Of a stretch of DNA of 63,884 nt, positions 8,110-17,132 are shown one piece after another. A program made the position numbers and the translations under genes. The notes under the pieces were generated by a model. That model was given only the letters and a program-made list of their open reading frames with translations, had not been told where the DNA came from and did not search any database. Source of the stretch: an uncultured Rhodospirillaceae bacterium (GTDB lineage Bacteria > Pseudomonadota > Alphaproteobacteria > UBA9219); the NCBI GenBank assembly GCA_964652235.1, contig CAZZDK010000012.1:1-63884 (forward strand). Direction: 5' to 3'. Every line of letters begins with the position of its first letter. The first letter of the stretch is position 1.

Positions 8110-8901
8110 ATGAATGCAAGTGCTAAAGTCTGGCAAGGAGTACTGGAAGAGTTTAATAGCGAGACCGCGTATTGGGCGCAGTATTCCTTGCATCCGATTG
8201 GTCGGGCTAAGCATTTTGCCCCTTGGGAAGGGTTTGCCGCAGACGGAAAGTTTGTTGCTTCTGGTGCTTTGACCGAGGCGCAGAAGCATTACCCGTATGT
8301 CGAGGGGCTTGAGGATTCAATCAACGAAGCGTTGCGCTGGATGAAGCGCCCTCCTGCTCAATTGAGGGAGGGGCTTAAGCGTCTGTCTGCTGGGAAACAG
8401 CCTGACGACCTTTTTGCCATTTTCAAACTATATGGTGATTTCAGGGAACATCTCGCCGTTTTATACGCTCGCGATCCAGGCCATGCAGGATTCCCAACCC
8501 AAAGAGGAAGTAGTCAAGCACCCCAGAGAAAAAGCGGACAGGCAAAGCGGAAAAACGGCGATCAAAAAAAATCATATAAACTGAAATGCTTTGCCGCCAG
8601 CTTTATGATGGCTGTAATCAGAACTCGCGGATGCACCATTAAGGACGGGATTATAGAAGCCCGGCATTGGCTTGAAGATTTTGCGGCAAATATCGTTTTA
8701 GGAAAAAAGAAAGCGCCAAAGGAATTTGCTGATTACGATTTTAATGTGCTGTTGCAAAAGCTTCCAAAGAAAATGGGGCAAAGCGAACGGGCATCCTATC
8801 AATTACACGATAAGTTCTGCAAAGAGCTTACCGCACCTCATTTAGATGAATGGGTTGATGAGGTTTTGGTGGCAAAGATTCAGACACTTTCCCTTTTCTG
8901 A
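8110..8901 (+). CDS. Hypothetical protein
   Basis: 263-aa ORF with GGAG upstream, co-oriented with the replication module. Confidence 0.6.
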   Translation: MNASAKVWQGVLEEFNSETAYWAQYSLHPIGRAKHFAPWEGFAADGKFVASGALTEAQKHYPYVEGLEDSINEALRWMKRPPAQLREGLKRLSAGKQPDDLFAIFKLYGDFREHLAVLYARDPGHAGFPTQRGSSQAPQRKSGQAKRKNGDQKKSYKLKCFAASFMMAVIRTRGCTIKDGIIEARHWLEDFAANIVLGKKKAPKEFADYDFNVLLQKLPKKMGQSERASYQLHDKFCKELTAPHLDEWVDEVLVAKIQTLSLF

Positions 8902-8981
8902 CCCTAGGTCGGACCCCGGTTGCGCCGAACATAAGAGCCTAGGTGTTACAGATAGCTCCATTGAAACAAATGGAGGTCCCT

Positions 8982-9209
8982 ATGCCTGAAATACCACAAA
9001 ACACCAACCCACCAGAAAGAATGTTCACTATTGGTCAAGCGGCAGACCTTTTGGGTATTCCGCGCTGGAAGCTTTATCGCGCCGTAAAATACGGTCTCGT
9101 TCCCTGCCACCGGATTTTGAACTCGAGAAAGTTGGTTCGCCTATCTGAGATAGAGGCGGCCATTCAACAGTATCAATATTTTCCCAGAATAAATTGGAGG
9201 GACCAATGA
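8982..9209 (+). CDS. Excisionase-like HTH protein
   Basis: FTIGQAADLLGIPRWKLYR...G.VP; GGAGG RBS; ATGA overlap with the next gene. Confidence 0.8.
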   Translation: MPEIPQNTNPPERMFTIGQAADLLGIPRWKLYRAVKYGLVPCHRILNSRKLVRLSEIEAAIQQYQYFPRINWRDQ

Positions 9210-11725
9210 GCAACGTTGTCAACAAAGATCAAATCGAGCGGTTCATTGCCACTCGCTATCCCGCCGATCATGACGGTTATAAAGTTCTGTGGAGCCGCCA
9301 GCAACAAGGCAAAACCGGATTCTACGGCGCGGATGAAACCGACGCGTTGAGCGAATCTATTGCAAAGCGCGGCGCAACAGAAGACCTTTATTTGCCTGTC
9401 GGGCTTCAGCGCGAAAAGTTGCCGCCGACCGAACGCGGAAAAACGGAAGGGGTTGTTTCTGTCTCCGGGCTCTTTGCGGATATCGACACGCAAATCGGGA
9501 AGGATGTGGATCGGGGCTATTGCCGCGACAACGAAGAGGCGCTCACAATTCTGCGGCAGTTTAAGCCTTTTCCTTCCATTATTGTCAATTCCGGCAACGG
9601 GCTTCAGGCACACTGGCTTTTCGACTCTCCGGTATTGCTAGAGTCTGCGGGCGACCGCGAACGCGTTCAGGCCGTCTTCCGCGCCTTTCAGAAAAAGTTG
9701 CGTGAACACTTTGCTGCACAAGGCAAGGTCATCGACAGTGTGCATGACCTGGCCCGAGTATTTCGCATTCCAGGGACGTTCAATCATAAGTGGGGCGAGC
9801 CAAAGCCTGTTACGGCGTTGGAATACCACGAGGACGCGAGATATGGCTTTTCGGAAATCGAGGCCATTGTGCAAGATGTCCTTGCGCCCGAACCGGCCAC
9901 GAGTGACGAGGACAGCGATTTTCCTCTGGCCGATCACAATAAGATTGTGAAGGGGTGCCCTTGGTACGGCGCGTGCGTCAAAAATCCTGAAAGCTGCAGC
10001 GAGCCGAACTGGTACGCCGCCGCTTCGATCACAAGCCGGTGTGAGGACGGGCGTCACAAGTTCCATGCCTTCAGCCATAAACACCCAAAATACACCGAGG
10101 CGGAAGCTAACCAAAAGTTTGATCGCGGTTTTCAGGAGGCGGGCCCGCGCACCTGTAAGGCGATCTGCGAGGATCTTGGCAACGAGGCCTACTGCAAAAA
10201 CTGCCCCCATTTCGGCAAGATCACATCGCCGATTCTGCTGGGGCAGAAGAAAAAGCGGCAAGAAGCGGCAAAAGACAAAGCTATCGCCGCAATTCTGGAA
10301 TCGGCGGAATTGTTTCATGATGCCGGGGGAACCGCCTTCATGACGACAAAGGACGCCAATGGGGTCGAACGGACGCATATTATCAACTCATCCGGCGGCA
10401 AGAACCAAATACGACATGCCCACTATTTGAAGACTGGAAAATCTTTACCGGCACAGGCCGTAAGTGATGTCGCCGGTCTTTTGGAGGCCAAGGCCTTGTT
10501 CACGGGACCATGCGAGGAGGTATTCATTCGCATGGGAGGGCATGACGGCAATATATACATTGATCTCGGTGACGAGGCGGGGTCGGTCGTTTGCATTACG
10601 CCTGATGGTTGGGATGTCAGACAGGAAAGTCCGATAAAGTTTCTGAGGCCAAAGGGCTTGACCGCTCTGCCGATGCCGGACAAGAACGGGGACGTTCATC
10701 TGTTTCGCGAAATTCTTGGGCTCCCCGAGGAAGTTTGGATGGGCTTGCTTGCGTTTATGGTGAGTTGCACCCATCCGAAAGGCCCTTACTTCCATTTGAT
10801 GATTGAAGGTGAACAAGGAAGCGGAAAAACCTTTGCCTCATCTTGTGTGAAGCGGGTGATCGATCCGGCAATCGCACTTCGGACCATCATACCCAAAAAT
10901 GTACGCGATATGATGGTGATCGCTGACACAAACCGTCTTTTGTCATTTGACAATATGTCGCAAATCTCAGGTGATATGTCGGACGTTTTGTGTACGTTGG
11001 CGACAGGCGGAGGATTGATCGGGCGCAAACTGTTCACGGATGGCGATCCGTTCATCATGAACTGCACGCGGCCTGTAATCATGAACGGGATCACAAGTAT
11101 GATCTATCGTCCGGATTTGTTGGATCGCACGCTTCCGGTTTTCTTCATTGCCCGTGCAGAAGAAGGCAAGATAGCTGAAGAGGAGTTGTTGGCGAAGTTC
11201 AACAAAGCCCTGCCGCGCATTCTTGGTGGGCTTTACGCCATCCTTTCGGCGGCCTTGCGTAACAAGGACAAGGTTCAGGCTCCAACAAATATCCGTATGG
11301 CAGACTGCGCCCTGTGGCTCTGTGCGGCGGAACCTGCAACGGGCTTGCCCGAGGGAGCGTTCGTAAAGGCAATCGTTGCCAGCCAAAAGACCCTTGTGGT
11401 CGAGCAGATGGTAACGCACCCAGCCGTTAGGAAGCTCTTCGAAATCCTGAAAAACGGGGCTTACGAGGGAACGCTTGGCCAATTGCATGATCGTGTTTGT
11501 TCCAATCTCAGCCCCAAGGACAAGGAGATTGTTGGGCAAACCGCATCCGGGTTCTCGAACAAACTAAAGCGCCTGAAGTCTTCTTTGAAGGCTGTCGGGA
11601 TCGAGTTTGAGTTTGGAGGGAAAACCCGAACCGGCAAGATGGTGCGCTTTTGGCTTAACGAAAACGCTATTGAGGATGGCCCTGAGGATGAGGAGGAACC
11701 CCTGATCACAAACAGACAGTATTAG
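9206..11725 (+). CDS. Primase (RepB'-type AEP)-helicase fusion
   Basis: ADID, SGNGLQAHW, RVFRIPGT.N.K; Cys-rich linker; Walker A GEQGSGKT, FDN, DLLDR. Confidence 0.85.
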   Translation: MSNVVNKDQIERFIATRYPADHDGYKVLWSRQQQGKTGFYGADETDALSESIAKRGATEDLYLPVGLQREKLPPTERGKTEGVVSVSGLFADIDTQIGKDVDRGYCRDNEEALTILRQFKPFPSIIVNSGNGLQAHWLFDSPVLLESAGDRERVQAVFRAFQKKLREHFAAQGKVIDSVHDLARVFRIPGTFNHKWGEPKPVTALEYHEDARYGFSEIEAIVQDVLAPEPATSDEDSDFPLADHNKIVKGCPWYGACVKNPESCSEPNWYAAASITSRCEDGRHKFHAFSHKHPKYTEAEANQKFDRGFQEAGPRTCKAICEDLGNEAYCKNCPHFGKITSPILLGQKKKRQEAAKDKAIAAILESAELFHDAGGTAFMTTKDANGVERTHIINSSGGKNQIRHAHYLKTGKSLPAQAVSDVAGLLEAKALFTGPCEEVFIRMGGHDGNIYIDLGDEAGSVVCITPDGWDVRQESPIKFLRPKGLTALPMPDKNGDVHLFREILGLPEEVWMGLLAFMVSCTHPKGPYFHLMIEGEQGSGKTFASSCVKRVIDPAIALRTIIPKNVRDMMVIADTNRLLSFDNMSQISGDMSDVLCTLATGGGLIGRKLFTDGDPFIMNCTRPVIMNGITSMIYRPDLLDRTLPVFFIARAEEGKIAEEELLAKFNKALPRILGGLYAILSAALRNKDKVQAPTNIRMADCALWLCAAEPATGLPEGAFVKAIVASQKTLVVEQMVTHPAVRKLFEILKNGAYEGTLGQLHDRVCSNLSPKDKEIVGQTASGFSNKLKRLKSSLKAVGIEFEFGGKTRTGKMVRFWLNENAIEDGPEDEEEPLITNRQY

Positions 11726-11735
11726 GTCAGCAGTC

Positions 11736-11856
11736 TGTGACGATGTGATGCATGTGATGGCCCTTTCGCTTCTCTCGTTAGGCAGATGATGCCCAGCGGG
11801 TCGGCGAAGGGGGGCGAGGGGCTTTCGTGGATCATCACCATCATCACACCATCACA
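11736..11856. repeat. Converging TGTGAYG iterons, putative origin
   Basis: Three TGTGA(C/T)G at 11736-11760 and three inverted CATCAC(A) at 11833-11856. Confidence 0.65.
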
Positions 11857-11928
11857 CCAATAATTGTGTGGCCACTATTTGCCGTGTTTTTCTTGGAAAC
11901 CGGAGGCCATTTGTAAAAGGAGGAGAAG

Positions 11929-13221
11929 ATGGGAGCCGTTAATATCAGCAAGCGCAACATGACGCGCAAGACTCGCTCTGGGGGTGCGGTCGTTCTGCAA
12001 CGCTATGTCCTGAGCTACACCGACCCGAGAACGGGCAAGCGCATGCAGAAATTCTTTGAACGTCAGAAGGACGCGCAGACGCATCAATCCAAAATCATGT
12101 CCGACCTGCATCTGGGCGTCTGTGCGGACGAGCGGAAAGTGCCGACCATTGCCGAGGCGTTCGATAACTGGATCGACGACAGGCGCGGCCAAGTCAAAAA
12201 GACGACCATAGATGGTTACGCTTGTTACCGCCCGTGCATCGTCGGGCCGCTGCTTGCAGGAACGGCAGAGCAGCGCATGGTCTATGCCCGCACGGGCAAG
12301 GTGCCGAAGGGCCTGAAGCTCCTGCCCATGCTGGGCAACAAAAAGGTGACAGCCCTCACAACGGCGGACATTCGCGCATGGCAGCGTTTGCTGTGTGATA
12401 CCGTCGGCCCCTACATGACGAAGAAGGCGCAGTCCTATCTGAAAACCTTGATGGGGCTGGCGGCGGAGGATCACAACCTCCGACTGGCACCGATGCCGCG
12501 TCGCCTCGGTCGGGGCAAGCCCAAGGTGGAAAAGGTCATCCTCCTGCCGGAGCAAGTGCAAAAGCTACTGAACCACGCGAAGCAGGACCGCGATTACGGC
12601 GTTTATTACGCTTTCCCGTTCTTGGTTGGAACGCGCCCGTCCGAACAGCTTGGTTTGCTGTGGGAGGACGTCGATTTTGAAAACCGCGTGATCCACATTC
12701 GCCGGATGCAGGAAAAGGACGGCAGGTTGTGCGAGACCACCAAAACTTCGGCGGGCATGCGCGATGTGCCGATGTCGGCCATGCTTTACGACATGATGCT
12801 TGAATGGAAAGACCGCTGTCCGAGGCGCGAGGGTTGCCCGCATCGCGTCTTTCCGAATATCGGCTTTCGCAGCTTTCACAACAAACCTCGAAAGGGCGGC
12901 GGGAACTTTCTGCTCTATGGCAACTTCCGTGCGCGGGTCTGGGTGCGGGTTTTGAAGAAGCTTGGCTTGCCGCCCGTCACGCCGCACAGCGCCCGCCATT
13001 GCTTTATCTCAACCCTGCAAGCGCAAGGCGTGGAGATCGGGCTTGTCTCTAAGTTGGCCGGACACGCGAACGCCAGTATTACGCTCGGCCATTACACGCA
13101 CGCCGTCCGAGGCGGCGAGGATGCGGTCGAGAGGCTGTCGCGGGCCTTCCTGCCGGAGACGGCGCAGAGTGTGTCCGCGAGCCAAGGAAAGGCCCTCTCT
13201 GGTACAGGCGGCGCGGCCTGA
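11929..13221 (+). CDS. Tyrosine recombinase/integrase
   Basis: GTRPSE, TKT, HSARH, GH, HY catalytic set; AGGAGG RBS. Confidence 0.95.
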   Translation: MGAVNISKRNMTRKTRSGGAVVLQRYVLSYTDPRTGKRMQKFFERQKDAQTHQSKIMSDLHLGVCADERKVPTIAEAFDNWIDDRRGQVKKTTIDGYACYRPCIVGPLLAGTAEQRMVYARTGKVPKGLKLLPMLGNKKVTALTTADIRAWQRLLCDTVGPYMTKKAQSYLKTLMGLAAEDHNLRLAPMPRRLGRGKPKVEKVILLPEQVQKLLNHAKQDRDYGVYYAFPFLVGTRPSEQLGLLWEDVDFENRVIHIRRMQEKDGRLCETTKTSAGMRDVPMSAMLYDMMLEWKDRCPRREGCPHRVFPNIGFRSFHNKPRKGGGNFLLYGNFRARVWVRVLKKLGLPPVTPHSARHCFISTLQAQGVEIGLVSKLAGHANASITLGHYTHAVRGGEDAVERLSRAFLPETAQSVSASQGKALSGTGGAA

Positions 13222-13655
13222 GCCTCGCGCGCGAAGGATGAGGTTTTAAGGAGCCGCCCCGCGTGGCCCTTCAGAAGAACGGCAAGACACGAGGTTGAAA
13301 TAGCCCGCTCGCTCTGTTGCACTACCAAGATGACCCCTTGCACCCTATTGCTGGACAGGGCCAACAAATGAACTCCTGCTCCCTTGGCACATGATCCGCG
13401 CCCCGAAACGCGGCTCTTGAGGCCGCGCCGGACGCCAAAACAACGTTGCGTTCGCCGCCGCGTTTGCAGAAAATGAGGATTGCTGGATTTCGCAAGATAG
13501 AAGGGACCCACGGAATGCCCAGCGCAAAGACATTTTTGGCATGCCCACAGTACCCCATAGAGCGAGTTGACTTATGCTCACGGTGATCGGGAATTCCGAA
13601 GCCCTGTAAATACAAAACATTGACGCAAATAGGCTTGCCGTGCTTTTCTTGGCTC

Positions 13656-13860
13656 GAGGGCAGGAAAAAGCTGCCTTCCGGGGTGTAGTTGCCTCGTAGT
13701 TAGCGGTGCTTTGCGTTGCCGTTACCAACGCTGCCTTTCGGTCTCTTATGGCCGGGAGGCGGCGGCGTATGTCCAAGCCTCACGGCCAAAGGTCGTCGCG
13801 GTCGTCTAACTACGATCAACTAACTCCCGGTCGCCAGGGCACATGCCCCTGGCGGCTTTT
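13656..13860 (+). ncRNA. C4-type antisense RNA cassette, copy 2
   Basis: TAGTTG (13686-91) complementary to CAACTA (13817-22); CGTAGTTAG (13695-703) complementary to CTAACTACG (13806-14); stems covary with copy 1. Confidence 0.75.
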
Positions 13861-13881
13861 CTTCTTTTGGGGAGTTGGCCG

Positions 13882-14163
13882 ATGGATAATCTCAAAACAA
13901 TTTTTCTTCTTTGTGGGCTGGCCGGTTTGTCGGCTTGTGCGATAGGCACGACCCAGATCGCGGGCTCAACGCCGGGCATGGTGAGTGTTTGCGCTGGCAA
14001 AGAATCCCAACAGGTGATTTTGAGCACGGCCCAAGCGGCCTGTCAGGAATACGGCAAGAATGCCGAGCTTATCGAGGAGACAAAAATCCGGTGTTTCCGT
14101 GAGGGCGGCTGGATGGAACCCGCGAACAGTTACTTGCAAAACTTCCGTTGTGTCGCGCCATAG
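13882..14163 (+). CDS. Small Cys-rich lipoprotein
   Basis: Signal peptide with LSAC lipobox; GGGAG RBS; four further Cys. Confidence 0.7.
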   Translation: MDNLKTIFLLCGLAGLSACAIGTTQIAGSTPGMVSVCAGKESQQVILSTAQAACQEYGKNAELIEETKIRCFREGGWMEPANSYLQNFRCVAP

Positions 14164-14174
14164 CGGGGGGCCCC

Positions 14175-14492
14175 ATGACAAAAACAAAAATCTTGAAAGT
14201 CATTGAAAGAATTTGGCTGGTCTTGGCCTTGATCCCGTTCGTACTTTCGTTCCCGCAATATTTTTCAACTCTTCGAGAGACGAGCCCGTTTAGTCTGGAC
14301 TCGATGATCTTCACGGCGAGTTATCTCTTTCTCTTTTCTCCCACGCTTTATGCTCGGTACTGGCGCGACAACCTAGAGAAGGGAAAGGACGAAACGAGGG
14401 GGCAAAAGATCAGACGCATGTTTTGCCTGTTCGCGCTTATGGCCTTGGTTCTTGGGGTAACGTGGCTTGGCCTTCGCGCAGGCTTAAGATAA
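14175..14492 (+). CDS. Small three-TM membrane protein
   Basis: Three hydrophobic segments; 11 bp after the lipoprotein. Confidence 0.6.
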   Translation: MTKTKILKVIERIWLVLALIPFVLSFPQYFSTLRETSPFSLDSMIFTASYLFLFSPTLYARYWRDNLEKGKDETRGQKIRRMFCLFALMALVLGVTWLGLRAGLR

Positions 14493-14497
14493 ATTAT

Positions 14498-15493
14498 CTA
14501 AGCCGTAGCCAATGCGAACGCTAAGCTTTGTTGGTCATCACCCCAATCTTCTGCGGACACCTTATTCAGGGCGGAATATATCGCTTTGCCGACTGCTGCA
14601 GCAACAGGGGGAGGAAAAGCATTCCCTATTTGCCGATATTGAGCTGTTTTCTTTCCTTGAAACGCCCATGAATCTGGGAAGCCTTGGATACGAGCAACCA
14701 TTCTATTTGTAAGACGTGGCAAATGATTTATGGGCATATCCGATGAAGGTGCGGCATCAGCAAGCCCCTTTCCATCTACGCCCAGTTTTTCCCACTGAGT
14801 TTTAGCTCTCGTTGGGCCTAGATCAGCTCCCCCGTGTTTCTTAGAACCTCCAACAATAGTTGGGGCTACGGCGTTAGCCTTTCTTTTCCATTCTCGAAGA
14901 CCCTTCCAGCCGTTTTCTCCTAGCAGGTCAGCGATGGTCTCTCCGACAGTGGTCACTTTTGTGATTGGGCGTGGCCAACGAAAGTACTGTGCGTACTGGG
15001 GCTTCAGGCCAACCAAAACAAAACGGGGGCGGAGTTGAGGAACGCCGAAACTTGAAGCGTTCAGAACTTGCCACGACACCTCATAACCAAGGGTGTTAAG
15101 CTCTTTTATTAGCTTTTGGCGGTACCTATCAAACTTACTCGACGCAAAACCGCGAACATTCTCGAGCATTATAGCTTTAGGTTGACATTCGCGTATTAGG
15201 CGAAGGGCTTCAGGGAAAAGATCGCGTTCGTCATTAGCCCCTAGCTGTTTACCAGCAATAGAAAATGGGGGGCATGGAACGCCGCCAGCAAAGAGGTCAA
15301 CGCCCCGAAACAATTTTCCATCAATATCACGAACATCTGTTTCAAGGACGTTCCATGCAGGCCTGTTGTGCCTAAGCGTTGCGCACGCGTTAGGGTCAAT
15401 CTCGACAGCGCACTTGGTCTCAAAGCCAGCCATTTCCAATCCTATGGCTTGGCCCCCAGCACCCGCACAAATTTCCACTACAGAAAAGCTCAT
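14498..15493 (-). CDS. DNA (cytosine-5) methyltransferase, M.NaeI/M.NgoMIV-like
   Basis: CAGAGG, PCPPFS, ENV, QLRPR, GN motifs; TRD APTIVGGSKKHGGADLGPTRAK. Confidence 0.92.
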   Translation of the reverse strand: MSFSVVEICAGAGGQAIGLEMAGFETKCAVEIDPNACATLRHNRPAWNVLETDVRDIDGKLFRGVDLFAGGVPCPPFSIAGKQLGANDERDLFPEALRLIRECQPKAIMLENVRGFASSKFDRYRQKLIKELNTLGYEVSWQVLNASSFGVPQLRPRFVLVGLKPQYAQYFRWPRPITKVTTVGETIADLLGENGWKGLREWKRKANAVAPTIVGGSKKHGGADLGPTRAKTQWEKLGVDGKGLADAAPSSDMPINHLPRLTNRMVARIQGFPDSWAFQGKKTAQYRQIGNAFPPPVAAAVGKAIYSALNKVSAEDWGDDQQSLAFALATA

Positions 15494-15594
15494 TTCATAC
15501 CGTTTTCGAATCACGTGACAATTTTAACCTATGGAACTAACCTACACAATATTTCCCCTTGTGCGCGTTTCTTTGGCATTAAGTTGAGGCCCCT

Positions 15595-16251
15595 GTGAAA
15601 TTTGAAGAATACATCGCTAGCGTCCCTCATAGCCTTAGCGAGGTGAAGCTCAAGATTCTAAAAACCCTTTGGGAAGCAGGGGACGGGTTTCCACGTCCTT
15701 GGGTCAAAAGCGCTCTGCTTTTGAAAATCACAAAACAGAAGTACTTTGACCGTCGCACAAGAGAGCTGAGAGACGAGCAAGGAATTGATATTGAAACAAA
15801 ACAGATAGACGGCCAGCACTGTTACAGGTTGGTTTCTGCAAAAATGCAGAAGGCGAATCCAAGACAATACCTGTCCGCTTCGCAGAAGGCAGCTCTCTTC
15901 GAAACAGCAAAGAACACATGCCAAGTTTGCGGCAAGAAGTGCGCGGGCGGCGTTCGAGGTCTGCAAGCAGATCACAAAATCCCACTCGTGCGCGGCGGCT
16001 CTCAAGACATCGGCAACTGGCAGACGATCTGCAACGAGTGCAATGTTGTTAAACGGAGAGTTTGTGAAGGCTGCGATGCTGATTGTAACGCTTGCCCATG
16101 GGCCTTCCCCGAGAAGTTTGGTGGCTTTATCCGGCTTAACCTTTCGGGTATAGCGTTGTCACGTTTGAAGGTTCTAGCGGGCGGAAGTGCTAGCAAGATG
16201 GCAAAGATCGCCGAGAAGCTTTTAGAAAAAGCAATAAACGAAGAAGCTTGA
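15595..16251 (+). CDS. HNH endonuclease, probable cognate restriction enzyme
   Basis: RRTRELRDEQG wHTH-like segment, CQVCG, DHKIP...GG...N...C..CN; divergent from the MTase. Confidence 0.8.
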   Translation: MKFEEYIASVPHSLSEVKLKILKTLWEAGDGFPRPWVKSALLLKITKQKYFDRRTRELRDEQGIDIETKQIDGQHCYRLVSAKMQKANPRQYLSASQKAALFETAKNTCQVCGKKCAGGVRGLQADHKIPLVRGGSQDIGNWQTICNECNVVKRRVCEGCDADCNACPWAFPEKFGGFIRLNLSGIALSRLKVLAGGSASKMAKIAEKLLEKAINEEA

Positions 16252-16379
16252 AGTCGTGCTCCCATGCGAACCGGCGAACTGCGAACGCATTGCAAACACG
16301 GGGCTTTTTGGCGGTGTTACATGCGCCGAAAGTGGCGGCGCGGCTTTTTAATATGTTGGGGGTATACATGAATGCCCGC

Positions 16380-16418
16380 TTAGGAAACCGATGCTTTATC
16401 CAACTGAACTGCGGGCGC
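16380..16418 (-). pseudogene. Decayed 5' half of a tRNA-Arg(CCT)
   Basis: GCGCCCGCAGTTCAGTTGGATAAAGCATCGGTTTCCTAA; 31/39 identical to the intact tRNA; similarity stops at the end of the anticodon loop. Confidence 0.85.
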
Positions 16419-16441
16419 TTAGAACATTTCGCGAGGGGGTC

Positions 16442-16470
16442 TTTATGCCTCAAGCCCTTGCGGGACGCAA
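16442..16470 (-). promoter_or_regulatory. Stable-RNA-type promoter in front of the tRNA half
   Basis: TTGCGT-17 bp-CATAAA followed by GC-rich GACCCCC. Confidence 0.65.
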
Positions 16471-16574
16471 CAGCAGGGACCGTTAGCCCTTATTCTTCCT
16501 TTCTATTCTTCCTTTCCCCCTTGCGCCGTTCGCGCTATATTGCTTAGAAGCGTTCTAAACAACAGGAGGCCTCC

Positions 16575-17114
16575 ATGCTCGGCGTAGGACAAAAATTCCC
16601 GCCTTTCAACCTGTTAGCCGTTGTCTCCGACGATCCCAAGCAAGCATTTATGTCCGTGACGGAAGCGGCCTTTGAGGGACGGTGGCTGGTCGTTTTCTTT
16701 TGGCCCAAGGATTTTACCTTCGTTTGCCCGACGGAAATCGCGGCTTTCGGCTCGAAAAACAAGGAGTTCGAAGATCGTGGAGCCCAAATTCTGGGCGCCA
16801 GCGTGGACTCCGAATACGTCCATTTGGCCTGGCGGCAAAATAATATGGTTCTCAAGGACTTGCCTTTCCCGATGCTGTCCGATATGAAGCGGGAATTGGC
16901 TGGGGCGTTGGGTATCCTGGACCCCGGCGCGGGCGCAGCCCAGCGCGCGACCTATATTATCGATCCCGAGGGGACGATCCGTTTTGTTTACGTGACGGAT
17001 TTGAATGTCGGGCGTAATGTGGACGAGGTTTTGCGCGTTCTGGACGCGCTTCAAAACGGCGGGCTTTGCCCGTGCGCCTGGCAGAAGGGAGAGCCGACCC
17101 TTAACGCCGGATAG
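16575..17114 (+). CDS. ahpC: Peroxiredoxin AhpC
   Basis: FWPKDFTFVCPTE; GRNVDEVLRVLDALQ; LCPC. Confidence 0.93.
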   Translation: MLGVGQKFPPFNLLAVVSDDPKQAFMSVTEAAFEGRWLVVFFWPKDFTFVCPTEIAAFGSKNKEFEDRGAQILGASVDSEYVHLAWRQNNMVLKDLPFPMLSDMKRELAGALGILDPGAGAAQRATYIIDPEGTIRFVYVTDLNVGRNVDEVLRVLDALQNGGLCPCAWQKGEPTLNAG

Positions 17115-17132
17115 ACGACGAAAGAGGGGGCC

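Larger units (their letters stand above)
7886..16388. mobile_element. Element 2: phage-satellite-like integrative element bounded by TTAGGAAAC anticodon-loop repeats
   Basis: TTAGGAAAC at 7886-7894 and 16380-16388; xis, primase-helicase, tyrosine integrase and R-M cargo. Confidence 0.75.

Noticed and set aside
13499-13560. GGGTCCCTTCT on the minus strand as a cosQ-like packaging signal
   Set aside because: Imperfect match, no convincing cosN dyad and no terminase gene
7993-16452. 11-bp direct repeat TTTATGCCTCA as the att core of element 2
   Set aside because: Better explained as homologous -10 regions of two tRNA promoters; the anticodon-loop junction fits better, though this is not excluded
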